A stretch of 63,802 nt of DNA, filler included, from Licmophora abbreviata (GCA_900291995.1; 20 parts of 20 records of this genome joined end to end with filler, not necessarily neighbours in it); one strand, 5' to 3'; positions 44,659-55,422 are shown, counted from the first letter of the whole stretch. Notes: a model not told the origin generated them from the letters alone. Numbers and translations: made by a program.

Positions 44659-45387
44659 TTAACCAACGGCTTGCGCCGATTCGCCCCGGCCTTTGTCGAG
44701 CCGGTGGTAAATATGGGTAAATGTCGCCGCCCCGATGATCGGAACCACCAGATTCAGGATCGGTACCGTCAGCGGCACCGCCATCAGAACCCCCGCCATC
44801 CAGATCAGCGCCCCATGCCTGCGCCGCATGTCCTTCGCCGCGCGCCGCCCGATCCGCCGCATGGCCACCACGGTGAAATATTCCCGTCCCAGCAGGAAGC
44901 CGTTGACCGCATAAAACAAGGGCAATCCGGCGATCGGCAGCAGCAGCGTCACCACCAGTGCCACGATATTCGCCGCGATCAGAACGCCCATCGCCGACAG
45001 CCCGTCGACGATCTCATCCGTTAGCGGCGGGCCTTGCACCTTGGGCAGGCCGGGATAATGCCGGTCCTCCACCGCCTCGGCGATCCGGTCGAGAAACATC
45101 GACACGAAGGCCGACGCCACCGGCACCATGAGGAACACCGACAAGACGACCATCAACGCCAGAAAGGCCCAGCTCAGAACATTGTCGACCCACTGCACCT
45201 CCCCCACGAGGGGCAGCGTCACCGCGTCCCCCACCAGCCATCCGACACCCCAGACCAAGAGCGCGGTGATGGCCGCGAGCAGCCCAAGTGTCAGGCCAAC
45301 TCCGCGCCATAGAACCTTGCGGAAACGCGGGTCGCTCAATTGGGCCAACGCCTTGAAAAAAGACGTGAAAATCATTCCGACATCCAT
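44659..45387 (-). CDS. EI24/CysZ-like membrane protein
   Basis: FLDRIAEAVEDRHYP, NGFLLGREYF, PILNLVVP. Confidence 0.75.
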   Translation of the reverse strand: MDVGMIFTSFFKALAQLSDPRFRKVLWRGVGLTLGLLAAITALLVWGVGWLVGDAVTLPLVGEVQWVDNVLSWAFLALMVVLSVFLMVPVASAFVSMFLDRIAEAVEDRHYPGLPKVQGPPLTDEIVDGLSAMGVLIAANIVALVVTLLLPIAGLPLFYAVNGFLLGREYFTVVAMRRIGRRAAKDMRRRHGALIWMAGVLMAVPLTVPILNLVVPIIGAATFTHIYHRLDKGRGESAQAVG

Positions 45388-45915
45388 GTGGTTATCTGCT
45401 CGAGATCCGGGCGCGGGCGCTCTGGCGGGATCGCTGTTTCGGTGCCCAGATGGATGAACCCGGCCACCCGTTCATGGGTCTTCAGGCCCAAGCCGACTTC
45501 TGCGAAACCGCGATCATGCGCCGGCCATCCGCTCAGCCAATTGGCGCCCCAGCCTGACGCCAGTGCCGCATTGAGCAGCGCAAGGCACACGGCCCCCGCC
45601 GAATAGGTNNNNNNNNNNNNNNNNNNNNNNNNNNNNNNNNNNNNNNNNNNNNTTAATTAATTAANNNNNNNNNNNNNNNNNNNNNNNNNNNNNNNNNNNN
45701 NNNNNNNNCGCCAGATCCGCCAGCCGGTCCAGTGCCGCACGTTCCAGCACGATGAACCGCCACGGCTCGAGCTTGCCATGATCCGGAGACCTTGCCGCCG
45801 CTGTCAGAATCGGGATCAGCGCGTCGCGATCGGGAACCGGCAGACCAAGGGTCTTGGCGGGTCGGGAACGGCGGCTCAGAAGAAAGTCGAGGGCGGCTTG
45901 ATTGCGATCTGGCAT
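45372..45915 (-). CDS. Nitroreductase family protein (YdjA-like), split by linker
   Basis: LSRRS, SPDHGKLEPWRF, GWGANWLSGW, AGFIHLGT. Confidence 0.88.
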
Positions 45916-46015
45916 GGTGGTCCCGGTGCTATGATATTCTGCTGCTCTATGTCGTGTGACCGGGCAACAGGGTCAACCCCGCCAACCGCGATCCGCCAAG
46001 ACCGCCGGGCATCCG

Positions 46016-46261
46016 TCAGCCGTTTCGCTTGGGATTGTTCAGGGTATAAACCCCTTCGGGCAAATCCAAAGCCGCCCCCAGATCGCGCAATTGGCCCATG
46101 GACAGCGTGATTTTCTGCATGCTGTCGGTTCTTGGGTCGTATTGCTCGATGGTGACGCATTCCTCGAAAGCGTTGATGACCACGTCCTCCTGCAGGGGCG
46201 CGGGGGCATCATCCACAAGCGTGATGACGGTCGAGTCGAATTCATGTTCAATCGAAAACAT
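46016..46261 (-). CDS. Small acidic hypothetical protein
   Basis: 81-aa ORF with protein-like composition, co-oriented with the nitroreductase. Confidence 0.6.
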   Translation of the reverse strand: MFSIEHEFDSTVITLVDDAPAPLQEDVVINAFEECVTIEQYDPRTDSMQKITLSMGQLRDLGAALDLPEGVYTLNNPKRNG

Positions 46262-46379
46262 ACCTGCAGCCTACCCACTTGGCGGGTCTTTGCAACCGCG
46301 CTCATCTTGCCGTGATCGGTGCTGCAGGGGTCGCGATAATCTGCTAAGACGTTGCTCTGTCAATCTGATGAGGATGTCT

Positions 46380-47087
46380 ATGCGCTGGATTGCCGTTTTA
46401 TGCCTGACCCTTCTTGCCGGATGCGTCTCGACGCCTGTGCCTCAGGCACCGGGGGCGCCGCAATCCAAACCGGCGCAAGCCTCGGCGACGCCGACCCGCG
46501 CAAAGGTCGATCAGTTCGTCGCGGTGGTCCAGACGGTCGAACCCGTGGCCGAACAGTTCTGCTCAGCGCAGACGAACCCGGGCACCAATTGCGATTTCCA
46601 GATCGTGATCGACGACCGGCCCGGGCAGCCGGTGAATGCCTATCAGACGCTTGATCGTAACGGTCGCCCGATCATCGCCTTCACGCTTGCGATGATTGCC
46701 GAGATTCGCAATCAGGACGAGCTTGCATTCGTGATGGGCCATGAGGCGGCGCATCACATCGCCGGCCACATCCCTCGCCAGCAGCAGAACGCCATGGCGG
46801 GCGCCATCCTTCTGGGCGGGTTGGCGACGCTGTCGGGGGCGACCGGCGATGCCGTGCGGACAGCATCTGATCTGGGTGCATCGGTTGGCGCGCGCAGCTA
46901 TTCCAAAGAGTTCGAGCTGGAAGCCGATGCGCTTGGCACGGTGATCACCAAGCGCGCAGGTTATGATCCGGTGCGCGGTGCCGAGTTCTTTACCCAGATC
47001 CCGGATCCCGGAGACCGGTTTCTTGGAACCCACCCGCCAAATGCGCAGCGTATCGAAACCGTCCGGCGTGTCGCGTCACAGCTGTGA
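46380..47087 (+). CDS. M48 family zinc metallopeptidase lipoprotein
   Basis: LAGC lipobox, VNAY, GHEAAH, ELEAD, THP. Confidence 0.88.
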   Translation: MRWIAVLCLTLLAGCVSTPVPQAPGAPQSKPAQASATPTRAKVDQFVAVVQTVEPVAEQFCSAQTNPGTNCDFQIVIDDRPGQPVNAYQTLDRNGRPIIAFTLAMIAEIRNQDELAFVMGHEAAHHIAGHIPRQQQNAMAGAILLGGLATLSGATGDAVRTASDLGASVGARSYSKEFELEADALGTVITKRAGYDPVRGAEFFTQIPDPGDRFLGTHPPNAQRIETVRRVASQL

Positions 47088-47452
47088 TGCGGCAGCTCTC
47101 CGGCGTCATCGTCGACCGTGGGTCGAAATACGCAGTGTCCGGTGGGCCCGCTCGTACCCGCGAAGAGGTGGACGCCTTTCTCAAGCAGTTGAAAAAAGAC
47201 AAGAAATTCGCCAAAGCCACGCATAACACATGGGCGGTTCTTCTGGAGGACGGCGTGCCGCTCAAGGGCGACGATGGCGAGGCAGGCGCAGGCATGGTGA
47301 TCTTGCGCATGTTGGAACGCGAAGACCTGCGCGCGCATGTCATCGTCGTGACGCGCTGGTTTGGAGGCAAGCATCTTGGCGGTGACAGATTCCGCCACGT
47401 TCAGGATTGTGTCCGCGCCTATCTCGACGATCTGGGCAATCCTCGGGCTTGA
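47087..47452 (+). CDS. YigZ/IMPACT family protein (N-terminal domain only)
   Basis: DRGSKY, ATHNTWA, DDGEAGAG, VTRWFGGKHLGGDRF. Confidence 0.85.
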   Translation: MRQLSGVIVDRGSKYAVSGGPARTREEVDAFLKQLKKDKKFAKATHNTWAVLLEDGVPLKGDDGEAGAGMVILRMLEREDLRAHVIVVTRWFGGKHLGGDRFRHVQDCVRAYLDDLGNPRA

Positions 47453-47462
47453 CTCAGGTCAA
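47449..47462 (+). promoter_or_regulatory. FNR/FnrL/Dnr-type box
   Basis: TTGAC-TCAG-GTCAA inverted repeat with a candidate -10 TAGCCT at 47485. Confidence 0.6.
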
Positions 47463-47538
47463 GGATAAGCGCGCGACGCTACGTTAGCCTCTGTGTCAGG
47501 CGCTCACCGATCAGGGGTGCCCCAACATGGAGGCTCTG

Positions 47539-47805
47539 ATGCCCGAAAACACGACGCTCAAGCGACACGCTGCGCTGGTTGACCGGATGGCGAATACTGT
47601 CGGGATTGATCTTGAGGAAAAGCTGATGGAAGGCATGCTCGATGTCGATACGATCGGTGATGCCGTCCTGAACTGCACCGGCTGCAGCAGTCCCGGCGAT
47701 TGCGAACGCTGGCTGGATGCGCATTCGCACGGGGCGGATGCTCCGCCGTCGATCTGTCGCAACACAGAGCTTTTCGAACGTCTTCAGGCGGGTAAGCACG
47801 CCTGA
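47539..47805 (+). CDS. Small 4-Cys protein (DUF6455-like), paralog 1
   Basis: GGAGG RBS; CxxC-x5-C-x17-C, WL. Confidence 0.7.
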   Translation: MPENTTLKRHAALVDRMANTVGIDLEEKLMEGMLDVDTIGDAVLNCTGCSSPGDCERWLDAHSHGADAPPSICRNTELFERLQAGKHA

Positions 47806-47842
47806 ATCTCGCCCCTAGGATCGAAGAGGAGCTGGACATATC

Positions 47843-48124
47843 ATGACCGCTCATGTCGCCTATCTTGGTGATCCGACCAGGCATTTCTGGCTGACCCGGT
47901 CGGTCGCCCGAGCCATGAACATCAACCTGTCCGAGGCAATGGCGCAAGGCTACCTGTCCGCGCGGGTGTATAGTGACATGATCACGCGGTGCCGGACCTG
48001 TCAGCATGTCAAGAGCTGCGAATTGTGGCTGGCCTCCAGCGCAGGTGGCGCGCGCTGCGCCCCTGGCCATTGCGTGCATGCCGACATCCTGAACGATCTG
48101 GCCGACCGTATGGGGACCGGTTGA
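47843..48124 (+). CDS. Small 4-Cys protein (DUF6455-like), paralog 2
   Basis: GAGGAG RBS; CxxC-x5-C-x17-C, WL. Confidence 0.7.
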   Translation: MTAHVAYLGDPTRHFWLTRSVARAMNINLSEAMAQGYLSARVYSDMITRCRTCQHVKSCELWLASSAGGARCAPGHCVHADILNDLADRMGTG

Positions 48125-48160
48125 GGCGGCCTGATTTGGCCGGAGAGATATGCCTGACTG

Positions 48161-48550
48161 TCAGGAGTTCCTGTCAGCTGCTTGCAATCGCATCACGCGG
48201 CGGAGGTGCCGGGAATACAAGGCTGGCGCAAGGATGTGATCGTATATAGCGGCGGCCAGCTGGCGGATGATGGGCAAACCGACGATTATCGCAAGGGGCC
48301 GATACCGCGGCATCCGGCGCCACAGGACCAGAAACGCATCAATCCCCGCGTATACCTTGCCATCATGCAAAACATGCAGGCGTCGCGCGGCGGCATCCTT
48401 GTCCACGCCATAGCGTGCAAGGTCGCAGTCGTTCAGATCGTCGAACCTGATCGCAAGGCCGCGCGCGGTGCTGTAGGTGGCGTAATGGCTGATCTCGTAA
48501 TTGCAGATCGGGCAATCAGCGTTGAACAGAACGTGGGTATCGTCGGACAT
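48161..48550 (-). CDS. DCC1/DUF393-like thiol-disulfide oxidoreductase
   Basis: LFNADCPIC, RRLHV, GIDAFLVLW. Confidence 0.8.
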   Translation of the reverse strand: MSDDTHVLFNADCPICNYEISHYATYSTARGLAIRFDDLNDCDLARYGVDKDAAARRLHVLHDGKVYAGIDAFLVLWRRMPRYRPLAIIVGLPIIRQLAAAIYDHILAPALYSRHLRRVMRLQAADRNS

Positions 48551-48624
48551 CGCGGCACTCCCTTCTAGACGGCGACCTATTGCAGCCGAGTTGTTCGTCC
48601 AGTGGTCTGCGCTGCTCTGTCGCG

Positions 48625-48991
48625 TCAGTCGCCGCCGGTTTCCTCCGAAACCCAGGCCTCGGCATCGGAGCCAGCCGATACTTCCTGCCAGGTTATGATC
48701 GGCAGATCANNNNNNNNNNNNNNNNNNNNNNNNNNNNNNNNNNNNNNNNNNNNTTAATTAATTAANNNNNNNNNNNNNNNNNNNNNNNNNNNNNNNNNNN
48801 NNNNNNNNNTTGAGGGTCAGACCGACCTCGGTCTCTTCCTCGATCCGACCTTGCCAGTGAAACATGCTGAGAATGCCGGGGGTTATGTTTGCGCAGGCGG
48901 CCAGACGCGCCTCGAGTGCGCTGCTGGCCAGCATGCGTGCGGTATCGAGATCGGGACAGGTTGTGTGCACTTGGAACATTGCTGGCCTCAT
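48625..48991 (-). CDS. cutA: Divalent-cation tolerance protein CutA, split by linker
   Basis: TTCPD, RLAACANI, FHWQGRIEEETE; C-terminal DLPIITW...WVSEETGGD*. Confidence 0.85.
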
Positions 48992-49090
48992 GGAGTTATG
49001 TCGAGCCAGCCTAACGATCGGATCGCCACCTGTTAAGAGCAAGCGGTGCGCGACTGGAAATCCGGTGTGGCCGTGCCTGTCTATGCTCCC

Positions 49091-49741
49091 TTATCCGTTT
49101 TGAGCAAGTGCCGTGGAAATCCCGACGAAAAAACAGGCCGACGCGATCACGATGAAACCATGCCAGATGGCATTCGAAAAGCGCAGGCTTTCCCAGCAGT
49201 AAAACACCACGCCCGCCGTATAAAGCAGCCCGCCTGAAACGATCATCGCAAGGCTGAGGCCCGGCAGGACGGTGCTCAACGGCACCAGCAAGGCCAGCCC
49301 GGCCCAGCCAAGCGCCACATATGGCACCCATCCTGTGGTCATCTTGCCCGGCGCGGTCATCAGTTTGGCGCCCGCGCCGATCAGCGCGCAGGTCCACACA
49401 ATCGTAACCACCACATATCCGAAGGCGGTTCCCAGAAAAACGGCAAGCGGGGTGAATGTCCCGGCGATTTTCAGATAGATCGCCGCATGATCCAACCGGC
49501 GCAGAAACGGGCGCGCCCATGTATGCGCGGCCATGTGATAGGCCGCCGAGGCCGTCAGCATCAGCAGCAGCGCCGCACAATAGAGGACCGTTGCCGCCAG
49601 TGTCGCGCCATCCATTGTGAAGGCCCAGACCGCGAAAAGCAGCGCGATACCGACAATCGCCGCGCAAATGCCGAAGACATGTACAAGCGCGTCGGCAATG
49701 CGTTCGGCCCGAGTATAGGCGGGATAGGACAAGAGGATCAT
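49091..49741 (-). CDS. Hemolysin III / PAQR family membrane protein
   Basis: SAAYH, RRLDHAAIYLKIAGTFTP, YVALGW, AIWHGF. Confidence 0.88.
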   Translation of the reverse strand: MILLSYPAYTRAERIADALVHVFGICAAIVGIALLFAVWAFTMDGATLAATVLYCAALLLMLTASAAYHMAAHTWARPFLRRLDHAAIYLKIAGTFTPLAVFLGTAFGYVVVTIVWTCALIGAGAKLMTAPGKMTTGWVPYVALGWAGLALLVPLSTVLPGLSLAMIVSGGLLYTAGVVFYCWESLRFSNAIWHGFIVIASACFFVGISTALAQNG

Positions 49742-49823
49742 CCTTGCTGTTAGACGTGCCCAGTCTAGCAAGCGAAGACCGGCATGTCTTGCGCTGTGAC
49801 ACTCCGCTGACGTAGCGGCAGGT

Positions 49824-51203
49824 TCAGCCCCGCAGCGTCAGAGATCCCCAGAGATCGTAGTCTCCGGCCTCGTCGACCTCGACGCTGACGATGTCGCCCA
49901 CGCTCAGCCCCTCGGTGCGCTCGTCGATGAACAGGCAGCCGTCGATTTCAGGAGCGTCGCCCTTGGTGCGGCATGTGGCGATACCGTCCTCGTCGATATC
50001 GTCCACGATGACCTGCTGCACCGATCCGACCTTGGCGGCCAGTTTGGCTTCCGAAATCGCCTGAGCCTTTTCCATGAAGCGGTCCCAACGGTCCTGTTTG
50101 ACCTCTTCGGGAACATGATCGGGCAGTGCGTTCGAGCGTGCACCGGCGACATTTTCGTATTTGAAACAGCCGACACGATCCAGCTGCGCCTCGTCCAGCC
50201 AGTCCAGAAGGGTCTGGAATTCCTGTTCGGTTTCGCCCGGGTAGCCGACGATAAATGTGGATCGCAAGGTGATGTCCGGACAATCGCTGCGCCATGCCGC
50301 GATCTCGTCGAGCGTGCGCGCGGCGGCCGCGGGGCGGGCCATGCGCGTGAGTGTCTCGGGGTGGGCGTGCTGAAACGGAATGTCGAGATAGGGCAGCACC
50401 AGCCCCTCGGCCATCAGCGGAATGAGGTTGCGCACATGCGGGTAGGGATAGACGTAATGCAGCCGCACCCAAGCGCCGAGGCTTCCCAGATCGCGTGCCA
50501 GATCGGTGATATGGGCGCGGTGGCCATTGGCCTCGGCGTGCTTGATGTCGACCCCATAGGCGCTTGTGTCCTGACTGATGATCAGCAGCTCGCGCACGCC
50601 GTTTTCCACCAGCTTCTGGGCTTCACGGATCACGGCATGGGCTGGGCGGCTCGACAGTTTGCCGCGCATGTCGGGAATGATGCAGAACTTGCACTTGTGA
50701 TTGCAGCCCTCGGAAATCTTGAGATAGCTGTAATGGCGTGGCGTCAGCTTTACACCGCTGGCCGGAAGCAGGTCCACGAACGGATCGGGCGAGGGCGGCA
50801 CCGCCGCGTGCACGGCATCCAGCACCTGTTCATATTGATGGGGTCCGGTCACCGCCAGCACGCGGGGATGGACGCCGGTGATGTAATCGGGTTCGGCGCC
50901 AAGGCAGCCGGTCACGATCACGCGTCCGTTTTCGGCAAGAGCTTCGCCGATGGCCTCAAGGCTTTCGGCCTTTGCGGAATCGAGAAAGCCACAGGTGTTC
51001 ACGATCACCGCATCCGCGCCGGAATAGTCGGGCGAAATCCCATAGCCCTCGGCCCGCAAACGGGTCAGGATGCGCTCGCTGTCGACCAAGGCCTTGGGAC
51101 AGCCCAAAGAGACCATGCCGATCGTCGGCTGGCCGCTGCGCGGCGTTTCGGTCACGCGGGCGCGGGCAAGGTCGGGGCGCAGATCGGGCGGGTTGGTGCT
51201 CAT
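49824..51203 (-). CDS. rimO: Ribosomal protein S12 methylthiotransferase
   Basis: [25 protein letters not shown] radical-SAM motif, DAPEIDG TRAM. Confidence 0.95.
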   Translation of the reverse strand: MSTNPPDLRPDLARARVTETPRSGQPTIGMVSLGCPKALVDSERILTRLRAEGYGISPDYSGADAVIVNTCGFLDSAKAESLEAIGEALAENGRVIVTGCLGAEPDYITGVHPRVLAVTGPHQYEQVLDAVHAAVPPSPDPFVDLLPASGVKLTPRHYSYLKISEGCNHKCKFCIIPDMRGKLSSRPAHAVIREAQKLVENGVRELLIISQDTSAYGVDIKHAEANGHRAHITDLARDLGSLGAWVRLHYVYPYPHVRNLIPLMAEGLVLPYLDIPFQHAHPETLTRMARPAAAARTLDEIAAWRSDCPDITLRSTFIVGYPGETEQEFQTLLDWLDEAQLDRVGCFKYENVAGARSNALPDHVPEEVKQDRWDRFMEKAQAISEAKLAAKVGSVQQVIVDDIDEDGIATCRTKGDAPEIDGCLFIDERTEGLSVGDIVSVEVDEAGDYDLWGSLTLRG

Positions 51204-51308
51204 GTGGCGGCATATAGTCGACGGGCGCGCGCACGGGAAGGGAAAACCGGTTGTTGGCGCGGGACCATGCGCTTACATTTCAGAGAGCATCGGGTAAAGG
51301 GGGCTGAC

Positions 51309-53371
51309 ATGCGGTGGGTGTTGCGTTTGGTCGGGCTGGTGATCGTCTTGGTCGTGGTCGCCGTGGGGTCGCTGCTTTTGCTTCCCGGGGACCGGATCGC
51401 CAAGATCGCTGCTGAACAGATCAGCGCTGCAACGGGTCGCGATGTCATCTTTTCGGGGCGCACCACAATAAGTTTCTACCCTGTTCTGGGGGTCAGCACC
51501 GGTGAGGTGCTTGTCGCAAACGCAGGCTGGTCCGAGGCGGGCCCGATGCTGGAAGCCGACAGCCTGAAGATCGGCGTGGAACCCGTGGCCCTGTTCGGGG
51601 GCGAAATCCGGATCACCGGGCTTGAGGCGGTCAATCCGCGGGTTCTGCTGGAACGTGGCGCCGATGGGCGCGTCAACTGGGAAATAGGGGTCGAAGGGGT
51701 GGCGCCCTCGGGACAATCCGCACCCGGTCAACCCGCCGCCCGGTCGGAACGGCTGGCGCTGACGCTGGACCGTGCGCTGATCACCGATGCGCAAGTCACC
51801 TATAGCGACCATGGAGCGGGCGAAACGCTGACCCTGCAGAACATCAATCTCGATTNNNNNNNNNNNNNNNNNNNNNNNNNNNNNNNNNNNNNNNNNNNNT
51901 TAATTAATTAANNNNNNNNNNNNNNNNNNNNNNNNNNNNNNNNNNNNNNNNNNNNGGCGCGGCCACGTTCGAAGCCTCGGCCAAGCCGGCGGGCTCGGTG
52001 GTGACCATATCGGGTGAGCTGGATCAGGTGGGCACCTTCATCGCCGGGGGGGTGACCGATCTGCGTGCCACGATCAGCACGTCGGGCGGAACGGTGGATT
52101 TTGACGGGCGTGCGGGTGTTCTGCCGCAATTGGGCGGGCGGTTGAACGCTGATCTGAGCGATACGGCGGCTTTTCTGGCGGCGTTCGGTGTCTCTGGTGT
52201 GGACATACCGCAGGGCATGGGACGCGCCATTTCGGTCGCGACAGACATCACATTTTCCGAGGATATGCGTCTGTCACTGCGCGATGCCGCGCTTGCGCTG
52301 GATGACAACCGGCTGACGGGGGCGGCGGATATTTTCCTTGGCGGTGACCGGCCTCGCCTGAACGCGCAGCTGACGGCGAAAAGCCTTGATTTCTCGGCGC
52401 TGGCGGCAGGGCAGGGCGCATCTGCCACATCCGGCACCGCGCAGAGCGGAAGCGGTTCAGGGGGCAGCGTGCCGACCGATGGCTGGCCCAAGACCGCGAT
52501 CGACGCCTCCGCCCTCGGGCTGGCGGATGGTGAGGTGGCCCTTGTTGCCGACAGCATTGACCTAGGGGATCTTCAGTTGGGCAAGACCCGCACCTTGGCG
52601 ACGCTGACCCAATCACGCTTGGTCTTTGCCTTGCGTGAGGTGCAGGCCTATGACGGAAACATCACAGGTGAATTCGTGCTCAACAACCGGTCCGGCCTGT
52701 CGGTGGGCGGCAAGATGACGGCTGCCGGCATCAATCTCGAAACATTCCTCAGAGATGCGGTAGATGTTTCGCGGTTCTCCGCGAAAGCCGATGGCGAGGT
52801 CAGTTTTCTGGGCGTTGGCCAGTCGCTCCATGCAATCATGAACAGCCTCGAGGGCAGCGGCGGGCTGCGCACCGGGCGCGGCGTCATCTCGGGGATCGAC
52901 CTCGACAAGCTGATGCGCTCGGGCGATGTCAGTGGTGGAACAACGGTTTTCGACAGTCTGGGCGCCAGCTTCACGATGCAGGCGGGCAACCTTTTCAACA
53001 ACGACCTGTTGCTCAGCCTGCCATTCGCCAAGGCGCGTGGCGAAGGCCGCATCGGCCTCGGCGCGCGGGACCTCGATTACACCTTCACCCCGACCTTGCT
53101 GGAGGGTGACACCCGCAAGGGGCTGGCGATCCCGGTGCGCATTCGCGGGCCTTGGGCCAACCCGCGCATCAGTCCCGATTTGGAAGCAGCGATCGATCTG
53201 AATTTCAAGGAACAAAAAGACGAGTTGGAGGCCAAGGCCAAGGAAGAGGTCAATCGCGCCGTCCAAAAGGAACTGGGCGTCACCGTCGAGCAGGGGCAGT
53301 CCGTGGAAGACGCTATCAAGAACAAGGTCGAGGACGAGTTGAAAAAGGAATTGTTCAAGCTGTTCGACTGA
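51309..53371 (+). CDS. AsmA family protein, split by linker
   Basis: N-terminal anchor, AATGRDV, NPRVLLER...NW; C-terminal IPVRIRGPWANP. Confidence 0.85.
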
Positions 53372-53488
53372 CTGAAGCGTTCCGCCTTTAACCTGAGGCA
53401 TTGGCTAAAGGCGGAACGCGTGCAACGATTGAACGGAGCACTGCATTTCGCGAAAATCTGTGGTCCAAGTTTTTCGTGAAACGCTATA
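53372..53488 (+). repeat. 117-bp double-hairpin intergenic repeat, copy 2
   Basis: Matches 3118-3234; differences are concentrated in the hairpin loops. Confidence 0.85.
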
Positions 53489-53489
53489 A

Positions 53490-53524
53490 AAAAGGCGCGT
53501 CGGACCAAACCTGACGCGCCTTTA
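53490..53524. terminator. Bidirectional terminator between asmA and gcrA
   Basis: AAAAGGCGCGTC/GACGCGCCTTTT. Confidence 0.65.
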
Positions 53525-53546
53525 TTCGTGATTGTGCAGGTCGCGG

Positions 53547-54140
53547 TTACCGCTTGCGGTCGCGACGGCTGCTCATGGGTTGGAAGGCCACGCCCACATG
53601 CGCCTCGCAATAGGGTTTACCGGATTGAACGGGCAGGCCGCAGAACCAGAAATCCGGTGTCGCGGGGTCGCCCACAGGCCATTTGCAGGTTCTCTCGGTC
53701 AACTCCATGAGCGTAAGTTTCATGGCTTTCTTCTCGATTTCACTGACCTTGGCCAAAGCCGCAGGGTCGATCTCGTTTGTCGAGGGCTGGGGCGGCAGGG
53801 GCTGCCCGGCCGGAATGATCTGTTTGGCGCGCGACACTGGGGCTTGCGGTGCCGCGACGGACACCTCTTTGGGCTCTGGTGCGGGCTTGGGTTCTGCCTT
53901 GGCGGCGGGCTTGGTTGTCGCCTTGGACTTGGTTTCGGCCTTGGCGGCGGGCTTGGCCTTGGGGGCTGTGTCGGCGCCCGACGCCGCCGAACCGTTTCGG
54001 TTCGACAGTCCAAGCCGATGCACCTTGCCTATCACGGCATTGCGCGTCACGCCGCCGAGTTCCTTGGCGATCTGGCTGGCCGACTGGCCTTCGCTCCAGA
54101 GTTTCTTCAGAAGTTCGACGCGTTCGTCGCTCCAGGACAT
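53547..54140 (-). CDS. gcrA: GcrA cell-cycle regulator
   Basis: WSDERVELLKKLW, SASQIA, TRNAVIGKVHRLGL, CKWPVGDP, FCG, PYCEAH. Confidence 0.93.
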   Translation of the reverse strand: MSWSDERVELLKKLWSEGQSASQIAKELGGVTRNAVIGKVHRLGLSNRNGSAASGADTAPKAKPAAKAETKSKATTKPAAKAEPKPAPEPKEVSVAAPQAPVSRAKQIIPAGQPLPPQPSTNEIDPAALAKVSEIEKKAMKLTLMELTERTCKWPVGDPATPDFWFCGLPVQSGKPYCEAHVGVAFQPMSSRRDRKR

Positions 54141-54266
54141 GGTGGCTTCCTATCTCAAAAGGCGGCCGGTTGCCCGCGCCGCCCTGCTTATTCCGTAGTC
54201 GCCCTATTCTAATCACTCGTCAGTAAGTTACAAGGCGTCGAATCATCAACGACCGGAGGACACGGC

Positions 54267-55070
54267 ATGGCCGAGATCAGCAACATGGGCACACGACGTT
54301 TCGGACGCGTGAACTGGTTGGGATTATATACGCTGGCCGTGCGTGAGATGCAGCGCTTTATGGCGGTTTGGACCCAGACCTTGCTGGCCCCGCTGGTCAC
54401 GGCGGGGCTTTTCATGGTGATCTTCTCGATTGCGATCGGTCCGCGTCGTGGCGATGTCATGGGGGTGGATTTCACGACATTCATTGCGCCGGGCATTCTG
54501 ATGATGACCGTAATTCAGAACACGTTCGCCAATACATCGTCTTCCATCGTGATCTCGAAGGTCCAGGGCAATATCGTGGACACGCTGATGCCCCCGCTCA
54601 GTGCGGGAGAATTGGTTCTGGGCTACATGGCCGGCGGTGTCGGACGAGGCGTGCTTGTGGCCCTCGCCATTACTTTGGGTCAATTCGCGGTTCTGGGGCT
54701 GGTGCCTGCGCACCCGATCTGGATGATGGTCTTTGTGGTGCTTGGCGCGGCGTTTCTGTCCGGCCTCGGTATGGTCGCAGGGATTTTTGCCAACAAATTC
54801 GACCAGATGGCGGCGATTACCAATTTCGTGGTCACGCCTCTCGCTTTCCTGTCGGGTACGTTCTATTCGGTGCAGGCATTGCCGCCCGTGTTGAACGCGA
54901 TCACCCATTTCAACCCTATTTTCTACATGATCGACGGGGTGCGCTATGGCATGATCGGTGTGTCCGACAGCTCGCCCTGGCTGGGGCTTATTGTCGGTCT
55001 CGGGGCAACTCTCGCCATTTCGATCACCGCATTGTGGATGTTCGCGCGTGGCTATCGGCTGAAGGCCTAA
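54267..55070 (+). CDS. ABC-2 type permease (YadH-like)
   Basis: QTLLAP, FIAPG, FANTSSS, PLAFLSGTFY, NPIFYMIDG. Confidence 0.88.
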   Translation: MAEISNMGTRRFGRVNWLGLYTLAVREMQRFMAVWTQTLLAPLVTAGLFMVIFSIAIGPRRGDVMGVDFTTFIAPGILMMTVIQNTFANTSSSIVISKVQGNIVDTLMPPLSAGELVLGYMAGGVGRGVLVALAITLGQFAVLGLVPAHPIWMMVFVVLGAAFLSGLGMVAGIFANKFDQMAAITNFVVTPLAFLSGTFYSVQALPPVLNAITHFNPIFYMIDGVRYGMIGVSDSSPWLGLIVGLGATLAISITALWMFARGYRLKA

Positions 55071-55074
55071 GCGT

Positions 55075-55422
55075 TCAGGTGCACAGCCGTTCGGCCCGTT
55101 CGCCATAGGCGCGATACGCCTTCCAGAAGCGTTCATCACTGACGCTATCGGATTGCCGGATATCCTGTGCAAGCTGTGGATTGCCGTAGAAAGCCACCGC
55201 GCGGCGCTGTTGCGAGCCGGTTAGCGTCTGGTCGGCAGCGGCCTGGATGCAGCCGCAAAGTGCGCGCGAGCGGGCCTTTCGGTCCGATGCGAGGCAGGCC
55301 TGGTTGATCGGACCGGATGCCATCGGGACACCGCCGGATGGGCCCGAGCCGCCACGGTACCTGTCACCACCACCGCATCCTGCAAGAAGTAACGTCAAAC
55401 CAAGGATAATCGCCTGTCGCAT
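55075..55422 (-). CDS. Small Cys-containing lipoprotein of unknown function
   Basis: LAGC lipobox; AC...LCGCIQ...C. Confidence 0.7.
   Translation of the reverse strand: MRQAIILGLTLLLAGCGGGDRYRGGSGPSGGVPMASGPINQACLASDRKARSRALCGCIQAAADQTLTGSQQRRAVAFYGNPQLAQDIRQSDSVSDERFWKAYRAYGERAERLCT

Noticed and set aside
54141..54266. CtrA or CcrM regulatory sites in the gcrA promoter
   Set aside because: Only one GANTC and no convincing TTAA-N7-TTAA; insufficient support
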